From Diplonema japonicum (taxonomy: Eukaryota > Protista > Euglenozoa: Diplonemea): a DNA stretch of 64,000 nucleotides. Positions 55,521 through 64,000 of the stretch are shown here, piece by piece. The translations under genes were made by a program, and so were the position numbers. The stretch lies in assembly GCA_964019335.1 (NCBI GenBank), contig OZ025683.1, positions 186,001-250,000 on the forward strand. The letters run 5' to 3'. A model generated the notes under the pieces. That model did not search any database, was not told where the DNA came from, and saw nothing but the letters and a program-made list of their open reading frames with translations. The stretch's first letter is position 1, and each line of letters starts with the position of its first letter.

Positions 55521-56078
55521 GTTTTTTATTTTTATTTTTAGTGGTTTTTTTTTTTTTTTTCTCCCCCCATTTTTTTTTTTTTTTTTTTGATGTTGCATGC
55601 TTTCACTCACACGTAGCTTGTTTTTTTTTTTTTTTTTTTTTTTTTTTCCGGTTGAAATTTTTTTTCCCCGCCCCACCCAATACGAGAGAAAAATCGAATT
55701 TTTTTTTGAAAGAAAAAAAATTGGGAAAAGACACCGAAGGAAAAAAAATGGAGGTGTTGAGGCGTGGAGAAAATAATTAAAAAAAAATACTAAGGTGGGG
55801 GAGCCGTCCCTCACCCGTTCACTCATTTTTTTTTCCCTCCCCCCCTTCGGTTGTCTTTTTCCTTCCTTTCTTTTTTTTTTCTTCCTTTTTCGATTTTTTT
55901 TTTATAACTTTCTCTCTTTTTTTTCTTTCTTTCTTTTCCTCTCGTGCCTTCCCTGTTAAAGACTGTTGGAAAAAAAAAAAGAATTCTTTTTTTTTTTCCC
56001 TTCTGAATTAGACATGTTTTCACAACATAACTCACAGGTTATTTGAAAAAAAAAAAGAAGGAAAAAAAAAAAAAAAAA

Positions 56079-57716
56079 ATGGGCTACGAAACCAAACCTT
56101 TCACCAATGAGCAAATGACAGACCCCAGTGCGGGTGAGGATGAGATGTCTGAAGACTTCGGCAACATCTCTGCAAAGGACAGTGTCTACTCGACCGGTTC
56201 AGGGTACCAGAAGTATCTGGACAACGGTGAGAAGGTGGTGTTCGACCTGAGAAAACTGTGGGCCTTCACAGGCCCCGGTTTCCTCATGTCCATCGCCTAC
56301 CTCGACCCAGGCAACCTCGAGGCCGACCTTCAAGCAGGCGCTTCCGGAAAATACCAACTCCTCTGGATTCTCTTCTGGGCCACCGTGATGGGCCTTGTCC
56401 TGCAAAACCTCGCTTCAAAACTCGGTCTTGTTTCCGGAAAGCATCTCGCACAGCACTGCACAAAGTACCCCAAATACGTGAAGTACACCTTGTGGATCAT
56501 GACCGAGATTGCACTAATCTGCGCTGACTGTCAAGAAGTTGTCGGGTCTGCCATCGCCATTCGTCTCCTCTCAGGGAAGAGGATCCCCATCTGGGCAGGG
56601 TGTCTCATCACGGCAGCGGATTGTTTCGCCTTCATGCTGCTTGACAAGAGGGGTATGCGTAAGCTGGAGGCGCTGTTCGGTGTTTTCATCACCACGATGG
56701 TTGTCACGTTTGGGTTTCAATACTTCGCAAAGCTGCCTCCCCAAGGGGACCTCTTCGAGGGATGGGCACGCCCGCATATCTCATCTAACGACAACTTCCA
56801 GATAGCAGTGGGGCTGATCGGGGCTGTTATCATGCCGCACAACTTGTTCCTGCACTCTGCACTGGTTTTGTCGCGTAAAGTGAACAGGAAATTTGACACA
56901 GAACCCGAGATGGCCAAGTACCGTGTGACAGAGGCTATCTACTACAACCACATGGAGTCGGCGATCGCACTGCTTGTGTCGTTCGTGATCAACCTGTTCG
57001 TGGTGGGGGTGTTCGCTCACCTGTCGTACTACGATGCTGACGGGCTGCCCGTCTGTTCTTACGACGGAAAATGCGTCGTTCCCTCCGACAACACCGACGG
57101 GACGAACTGCACACAAATCGGTCTCCTCACAGCAGGCGACTGTCTCAAGGACGTCTACAACGAATCATGGTGGCTGTACATCTGGGCATTGGGTGTCCTT
57201 GCTGCAGGACAGGCTTCCACCATCACTGGTACATATGCAGGGCAGTTCATCATGGAAGGGTTTTTGAACTTGAAGGTTAAGCCTGCTCTTCGTACTCTTT
57301 TCTCGAGATGTTTCTCACTGATCCCCGCCATGGTGGTGGCAATTGAGACACCGGGTGACCCGGATGGTATGGACAACCTGAACCAGTGGCTGAACATCGT
57401 GCAGAGTATTCAGCTTCCTTTTGCGATGCTTCCTGTGTTGTATTTCGCGACAGATGCGAAGTCCTGTAGGGAGTTTACGACGAAAGGGTGGGTGTCGTGG
57501 GTGGTGTGGGTCATTGCCTTGATCGTTCTTGTCTCGAACGTCTACGCTATTGTCCTGACGGCGTCGCAGCTTCCTGATTACATTCCTGTGTGGATCGCAT
57601 TCGGGCTTTTCAACTTGTTTTATGTGTGTTTTGTCGGCTATCTTTGCCTTGTCTGTGCCAGGGTGCTTCGCCTCCCGGAGGATAATGAAGAAACACCTTT
57701 GTTGGTAAACAAGTAA
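56079..57716 (+). CDS. NRAMP/SLC11 divalent metal transporter, copy 1
   Basis: GPGFLMSIAYLDPGN, MPHNLFLHS and GQASTITGTYAGQFIMEGF. Confidence 0.97.
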   Translation: MGYETKPFTNEQMTDPSAGEDEMSEDFGNISAKDSVYSTGSGYQKYLDNGEKVVFDLRKLWAFTGPGFLMSIAYLDPGNLEADLQAGASGKYQLLWILFWATVMGLVLQNLASKLGLVSGKHLAQHCTKYPKYVKYTLWIMTEIALICADCQEVVGSAIAIRLLSGKRIPIWAGCLITAADCFAFMLLDKRGMRKLEALFGVFITTMVVTFGFQYFAKLPPQGDLFEGWARPHISSNDNFQIAVGLIGAVIMPHNLFLHSALVLSRKVNRKFDTEPEMAKYRVTEAIYYNHMESAIALLVSFVINLFVVGVFAHLSYYDADGLPVCSYDGKCVVPSDNTDGTNCTQIGLLTAGDCLKDVYNESWWLYIWALGVLAAGQASTITGTYAGQFIMEGFLNLKVKPALRTLFSRCFSLIPAMVVAIETPGDPDGMDNLNQWLNIVQSIQLPFAMLPVLYFATDAKSCREFTTKGWVSWVVWVIALIVLVSNVYAIVLTASQLPDYIPVWIAFGLFNLFYVCFVGYLCLVCARVLRLPEDNEETPLLVNK

Positions 57717-58658
57717 GAAAGAAAAAAAAAAAAAAAAAAAAAGAAACAAACACGTGTGTTTTAAAGTTTTTCTTGGTACTTCTCATTACAGTTATTAAAC
57801 TCCTCCTTTTTTCTTTTTTTTTTTCTTCTGTGGGGAGTATTTCTTTTTCTTCTCCCCCATCATCAGTATACTTTCTACCCTTTTTTTTTTCTTCTTCTTT
57901 TCGCCTAGCCGTTGGAGAGGGTAAGAGTGGAATCTGTTCGAGATTTGCACCCCGAAATTATTCGTTCCTTAAAAGGAAAGGGGTGATGGTGTGTCTACTT
58001 CAACAGTAAAGGTTCTGACGTTGAGCTCGTTCTCCCTCTCTTTCTTCTTCTTTTTTTTTTTTAGGGTGGTCCCTCAAAGTGGGATTTTTTTTTTTTTTTT
58101 TGCCCTTAAACATAGCCGTTCTCTATCTCTCTCTCTCTCTCTTCTTTTGTTCCTATCACGCGCGGAAAATGATTTCTGATTTTGTTTCAGAGGCTGGGAA
58201 AGGAAGAAAGAAAAAAAAAAAAAAAAAAAAAAGAGGAAAACAAAAGGAAAATGAAGAGAAAAAGAAATAAGAAGATGCGTGGTGATGTTCATGTCCCTCA
58301 GCTTCTCTTTTTTTTTTCTCCCGCCCTTTTCCTTGTTTTTTTTTTTTTTTTTTTTTTTTTCCTTCTTCTTTTCTTTCTGAGAGGTGGCGCCACAGGTTAG
58401 AATCTCTCACTCCTATGTGTAGTTTGACTACTACTACCCCCCACCTCACGTACTTAACGGTACACTCGGAGCGCTATTCGACTTGCTCACCTTGACGTTG
58501 AAAGATCGAATTTTTCTTTCTTCTTCCCTACTTAACATTTTCCCCGGATAGGAATTCGAGAATACGACTCAATTTTTTTTTTTTTTTTCATTTCTTTTCC
58601 TTTCCCCTCCCCAACGCACTACCTCACAACAGGGATATCAGGGGGATCAAAGAAAACA

Positions 58659-60296
58659 ATGGGTTACGAAACCAAACCCTTCACAGATGAGCAAATGACA
58701 GACCCCAGTGCGGGTGAGGATGAGATGTCTGAAGACTTCGGCAACATCTCTGCAAAGGACAGTGTCTACTCGACCGGTTCAGGGTACCAGAAGTATCTGG
58801 ACAACGGTGAGAAGGTGGTGTTCGACCTGAGAAAACTGTGGGCCTTCACAGGCCCCGGTTTCCTCATGTCCATCGCCTACCTCGACCCAGGCAACCTCGA
58901 GGCCGACCTTCAAGCAGGCGCTTCCGGAAAATACCAACTCCTCTGGATTCTCTTCTGGGCCACCGTGATGGGCCTTGTCCTGCAAAACCTCGCTTCAAAA
59001 CTCGGTCTTGTTTCCGGAAAGCATCTCGCACAGCACTGCACAAAGTACCCCAAATACGTGAAGTACACCTTGTGGATCATGACCGAGATTGCACTAATCT
59101 GCGCTGACTGTCAAGAAGTTGTCGGGTCTGCCATCGCCATTCGTCTCCTCTCAGGGAAGAGGATCCCCATCTGGGCAGGGTGTCTCATCACGGCAGCGGA
59201 TTGTTTCGCCTTCATGCTGCTTGACAAGAGGGGTATGCGTAAGCTGGAGGCGCTGTTCGGTGTTTTCATCACCACGATGGTTGTCACGTTTGGGTTTCAA
59301 TACTTCGCAAAGCTGCCTCCCCAAGGGGACCTCTTCGAGGGATGGGCACGCCCGCATATCTCATCTAACGACAACTTCCAGATAGCAGTGGGGCTGATCG
59401 GGGCTGTTATCATGCCGCACAACTTGTTCCTGCACTCTGCACTGGTTTTGTCGCGTAAAGTGAACAGGAAATTTGACACAGAACCCGAGATGGCCAAGTA
59501 CCGTGTGACAGAGGCTATCTACTACAACCACATGGAGTCGGCGATCGCACTGCTTGTGTCGTTCGTGATCAACCTGTTCGTGGTGGGGGTGTTCGCTCAC
59601 CTGTCGTACTACGATGCTGACGGGCTGCCCGTCTGTTCTTACGACGGAAAATGCGTCGTTCCCTCCGACAACACCGACGGGACGAACTGCACACAAATCG
59701 GTCTCCTCACAGCAGGCGACTGTCTCAAGGACGTCTACAACGAATCATGGTGGCTGTACATCTGGGCATTGGGTGTCCTTGCTGCAGGACAGGCTTCCAC
59801 CATCACTGGTACATATGCAGGGCAGTTCATCATGGAAGGGTTTTTGAACTTGAAGGTTAAGCCTGCTCTTCGTACTCTTTTCTCGAGATGTTTCTCACTG
59901 ATCCCCGCCATGGTGGTGGCTATTGAGACACCGGGTGACCCGGATGGTATGGACAACCTGAACCAGTGGCTGAACGTGGCGCAGAGTATTCAGCTTCCTT
60001 TTGCGATGCTTCCTGTGTTGTACTTCGCGACAGATGTAAAGTCCTGTAGGGAGTTTACGACGAAAGGATGGTCCTGGTACGCGGTGTGGGTCATTGCCTT
60101 GATCGTTCTTGTCTCGAACGTCTACGCTATTGTCCTGACGGCGTCGCAGCTTCCTGATTACATTCCTGTGTGGATCGCATTCGGGCTTTTCAACTTGTTT
60201 TATGTGTGCCTTGTCGGCTATCTTTGCCTTATCTGTGCCAGGGTGCTTCGCCTCCCTGAGCCGAATGAAGAAGGTGTCTTGCTTGTTAACAGGTAG
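58659..60296 (+). CDS. NRAMP/SLC11 divalent metal transporter, copy 2
   Basis: Same motifs; tandem paralog at offset 2580. Confidence 0.97.
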   Translation: MGYETKPFTDEQMTDPSAGEDEMSEDFGNISAKDSVYSTGSGYQKYLDNGEKVVFDLRKLWAFTGPGFLMSIAYLDPGNLEADLQAGASGKYQLLWILFWATVMGLVLQNLASKLGLVSGKHLAQHCTKYPKYVKYTLWIMTEIALICADCQEVVGSAIAIRLLSGKRIPIWAGCLITAADCFAFMLLDKRGMRKLEALFGVFITTMVVTFGFQYFAKLPPQGDLFEGWARPHISSNDNFQIAVGLIGAVIMPHNLFLHSALVLSRKVNRKFDTEPEMAKYRVTEAIYYNHMESAIALLVSFVINLFVVGVFAHLSYYDADGLPVCSYDGKCVVPSDNTDGTNCTQIGLLTAGDCLKDVYNESWWLYIWALGVLAAGQASTITGTYAGQFIMEGFLNLKVKPALRTLFSRCFSLIPAMVVAIETPGDPDGMDNLNQWLNVAQSIQLPFAMLPVLYFATDVKSCREFTTKGWSWYAVWVIALIVLVSNVYAIVLTASQLPDYIPVWIAFGLFNLFYVCLVGYLCLICARVLRLPEPNEEGVLLVNR

Positions 60297-60397
60297 GATT
60301 TCTTTTTAAAAAAAAATGAATGCTGTGATCGATTCTTTTTTTTTTTTTAATTTTTTTTTTTTTTTTTTACTAACACAACGTGTGGCGTGGCTGTCCT

Positions 60398-60431
<34 letters not shown>

Positions 60432-61251
60432 TAGTTGTTGTTGATTGTGGGAGGGGGAGGAGGGGGGGGGGAGAAAAAGAAGTGAAAAAAAAGAAAGGCA
60501 TCTACCTTGATTGTTATTATTGTTTTTTGTTTTTATTTTTATTTTTTCATAAATATAAATCCCCCCGTTTACGTTAAAAAAAAAAAAAAAAAAAAAGCCA
60601 GATTTCTCCACTTTTCAGATTTCTCCTCTTTTTTTTTTGCTGCTTTTCCCTTTACTCTACTGCTGTCTGATTTCACAAAGAGATTAGCATGAGCGGTGTT
60701 TGGTGAATGGCAGCAAAACGTGTGTTTTTTTTTTTAAACTCCACTAACAAACTTTCCCCTCTTGTCACCACCCCCTTTCCTCCTTACTACTTAAGTAAGC
60801 GAAGAAGTATATTTGAAAAAAAAAAGAAGGAAAAAAAAAAAAAACATGAAACACCCAGGGCAGATGAGGTAGATCAAAACGCACCTTCATATCTCTAAAG
60901 TGTTCCCATGTTGTCATAATAAATAATAAAATCGTAGTAATGCCGATTCCCCTTTCCCCCCTCACTCCCACTGTGTGTAAAAACAGAGTTTACCTTGCCT
61001 TGGAACCTTTAAGAACGCGAGGAAAAAAAAAAAAAAAAAAAAAAGGTGTGGCATATTTCGAAACATTTTTTACTTTCTTTTTTTTCTTTCCGAAAGAAAA
61101 ATGCATTTTTTTTTTTTATATATCTCGGTGTTTAAAGTGTAGTGTAGAAGAAGACACTACCATAAAAAAAAAAAAGAAAAAACTCCAGCATAAAAAAAAG
61201 AAATGTTAATTTTTTTAACTACTAAACCCACATGTGTCATAAATATATGAC

Positions 61252-61288
<37 letters not shown>

Positions 61289-62376
61289 ATAGACTTTTTG
61301 GTCAAACAGTGACCTGTCATTCTCTTTTTGATTTGACTTTTTGGGTTTTTAGCCTGTGGGCTTAGTGGTCAAATGAAAAAAAGAGATGAAACGGGGGTGA
61401 TGGGTGTTGAAGAAGGGAGGGGAAAAAAAAAAAAAAAAAAAGGTAAAAGAAAAAGAAAAAGAAAAGGGTCGGCTCACGTTACGTTTTCAGCAAAAAAAAA
61501 AAAAAAATACTTGCAGCGCTTAGAGAAGTACGGTTACATTATTATGGCTTGGCCTTTTGTGTCTCCCCCCTCTCCCTTGCCAGCCTGCTTCTCCGTTCCC
61601 TGCTTTTATTTTTTCGGACGTGTTTATACTCCCCCCTTGATTTTTCTGTATCCCTCTCATAATGGTCCTTTTTTTATTTCTCTCTCCTTCCCCGTTGTCC
61701 CCCCCCCCCCTTTTTCTTTATTTTCGATTTTTTTTTGTTTTTTTGTTTAAGTTTCAGGGTGGGTTGGCGACACCTCTTAAGCGAATTAAGGAGAAAAAAA
61801 AGAAGTTCGGACACTCACGAATGTCAAGCATTGTTGGCAGCACAATGGGTAACAGTGGTGGTGGTCCAAGTGATGGGTCTCATTATTCCAACGTTAGGCC
61901 GTGATGACGGATAGGGTAGAAGCTCACTTACCTCTCCTAGCACGGTTCAATTTTTTTCTTCCCCCCCCCTCCTCCTCCTCCTCCTCCCCCACCTCTCCCT
62001 TAACGATATATCACCTTATGTCGGGGGAAGGGGGGGGTTTTTTTTTCTTTCCTTTCTTTTTTTTTTTATCCCACGAAAGATCTGCTCCCCTTTCCCGCCG
62101 CTCAGGGAGAAAAAAAAAATCACAGGGCGGAATTTTTCCCCCGGGGAAAAAAAAAAAAAAAAAAAAAAAAAAGAACGGGGAGGAACAAAAGCCGTTGTTT
62201 TGTACTGCGGTGCATTTTTTTTTTTTTTTTTTTGCTCTCGTTTTTTTTTTTTTTTTCTTCTTTTTTTTTTCATATAAACACAACACACAATGCACTAACA
62301 GGTGGGCGGCATAAAAGGTGCTCTTGGAACACATAGCACCTAAGGAGCCGGGAGAAAAAAAAAAAAAGAGAAAACA

Positions 62377-62652
62377 ATGGAGACCGAAGACCAAGCGGCA
62401 GTCAAGATGCAGTCTATGTTTCGTGGGCACGCAGCGCGGAAAAGAGCCGATGTCATTAAACACGACACTGCAAGGAAGAAGGTATGAGAAGGGTTTTTTT
62501 TTTTGTGTTTTATTTTTTTGACAGGTGCAGCAATATCTTCAGCGCAATAATATTCACGGCCTGCTCCAGCATCTCATGTGTCTCCTCACCCACATCCGCC
62601 CCGAGGATCCTAAAGTATTCCTCCTTCAGGAAATAGAACGATTGGCAAATAA
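62377..62652 (+). CDS. IQ-motif plus RIIa/Dpy-30-type docking domain protein (EFCAB10-like), probably 5' part only; intron 62482..62524
   Basis: Not in the ORF track. Spliced: METEDQAAVKMQSMFRGHAARKRADVIKHDTARKK/VQQYLQRNNIHGLLQHLMCLLTHIRPEDPKVFLLQEIERLAN, then a GTATGT donor at 62653 (or read-through to a stop at 62686). Confidence 0.75.
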
Positions 62653-62741
62653 GTATGTATACACAATTTTTCCAAGAGAATGGTAATTCCTCCCAGATTT
62701 CCCCGGCTTTTTTTTAGCGGCCTTTTGTCTTCTTTCCCAGC

Positions 62742-63930
62742 ATGATGATGACCTCTTAACTGCTGGAGTGCTTGCACCTTGATAGCCACAGCTAACGGAC
62801 ATGTAACTTTCTAAAATGGAGTTACCACTGACTCTTGCACAAAGTTTTCTTCCCCAGCCCCTTCCACTTACACAGACTAGATGATGATGACCTTTTAACT
62901 GCTGGAGTGTTTTTGCACGCTGATAGCCACAGCTAACGGACATGTAACTTTCTAAAATGGAGTTACCACTGATATTCAATGCATTGTGTTCCAAAGAAGC
63001 AAAATAAAAAAGAAAATTCCCCCAAGGCGAACCAAAAAAAAAAAAAAAAAAAAAATAATTCTTTATGACTATATGTCTTTGTTGTTCGCACGAGCAAAAA
63101 AGGTTTTTTAAAAAGCTGCGAAAGTTTTTTGCTCGGCACAAGTTGCATGTAGTTATAAATTATTTTTTGAAAGATAAATATTTGTAACAAAAAAAAAAAT
63201 CGAGAATTTTTCAGTGCTCGCTATTTCCGTTCCAACGTGGTAAATTTACGTAAATTAAATTCCAAGAAAGGTACCGGCTCTCCCTCCCACCAGGTTTCCC
63301 AGCATGATGATAACCTCTTAACTGCTGGAGTGCTTGCACACTGATAGCCACAGCTAACGGACATGTAACTTTCTAAAATGGAGTTACCACTGACTTGGAC
63401 TTCTTTCCCTACCCCTACCACCCGCGGCCATGCACACAGACTAGATGATGATGACCTTTTAACTGCTGGAGTGTTTGCACGCTGATAGCCACAGCTAACG
63501 GACATGTAACTTTCTAAAATGGAGTTACCACTGATATTCAATGCATTGTGTTCCAAAGGAAAAAAAAAAAAAAAAAAAAACCCCATAACAAAACAAGAAA
63601 AAGCCGAAATTTCTCCACGCTCCAATTGGGTCGAATTACGTGAGTTAAATTCCTGGTTTTTGTCTTTCGAGATTACAATTCCCAGCATGATGATGACCTC
63701 TTAACTGCTGGAGTGCTTGCACCTTGATAGCCACAGCTAACGGACATGTAACTTTCTAAAATGGAGTTACCACTGACTTGGGATTAAGATGAGCTCAGCA
63801 GCATGGCTGCAGCGGACCACATATGTGTGCATTCTTGCATGATGATGAAACCTTTACTGCTGGAGTGTTTTTGCACGCTGATAGCCACAGCTAACGGACA
63901 TGTAACTTTCTAAAATGGAGTTACCACTGA
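62742..63930 (+). ncRNA. Tandem array of six box C/D snoRNA-like units (62742..62831, 62881..62972, 63304..63393, 63445..63534, 63687..63776, 63839..63930)
   Basis: Each ~90-nt unit starts ATGATGA (box C) and ends CTGA (box D); the 3' 52 nt are identical in all six while the spacers diverge. Confidence 0.8.
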
Positions 63931-64000
63931 TATTCAATGCATTGTGTTCCAAAGAAACCCCCCCCCCCCCCCCCCCCCCCCCCACGGCATCGAGAATTTT

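Noticed and set aside
326-63704. Numerous short F/K/G/P-rich ORFs and minus-strand ORFs in the supplied track
   Set aside because: They are translations of homopolymer tracts or antisense shadows of real + strand genes.
62742-63930. CRISPR- or TIGR-like repeat-spacer array
   Set aside because: Eukaryotic context; the ~90-nt conserved units carry the putative guides inside the repeat; spacing is irregular; no cas or Nop-domain effector gene is in the window. A C/D snoRNA cluster explains it better.

Overview
Eukaryotic nuclear DNA, most likely a euglenozoan protist of the diplonemid type. This assignment is an inference from three things: all ~30 credible protein genes lie head-to-tail on the + strand, as in a polycistronic cluster; the genes carry short (about 37-85 nt) GT-AG introns with a GT(A/G/T)TG donor; and the window has an FHA-parvulin and a degenerate cyclase of euglenozoan type. 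Genes include the CFAP45 3' end, a PP7/PP5-like phosphatase, an FHA-parvulin, a CIPK-like kinase, a TRIP12/UPL3-like HECT ligase with a ZZ-like finger, a TCP11 protein, a PDZ protein, a BTB plus beta-helix protein, a carnitine acyltransferase, two RPL22 copies, a divergent SMC, a double pseudo-metacaspase, NAT9, TRAP-alpha, two NRAMP copies and an IQ/RIIa-D/D (EFCAB10-like) gene. Non-coding content: tRNA-Ser(CGA) on the minus strand; a six-unit tandem array of box C/D snoRNA-like units at the right end; three Crypton-like elements (one with a decayed tyrosine-recombinase box I); a twice-present ~270-bp structured repeat; and a 4-copy ~41-nt hairpin motif. Unusual gene-architecture signals are near-pure poly(A) introns without a polypyrimidine tract and a strong 3' bias of intron positions. 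Intergenic DNA is dominated by homopolymers, so most short ORFs in the supplied track are artefacts. All family assignments are from motif recognition by eye; no database search was run.
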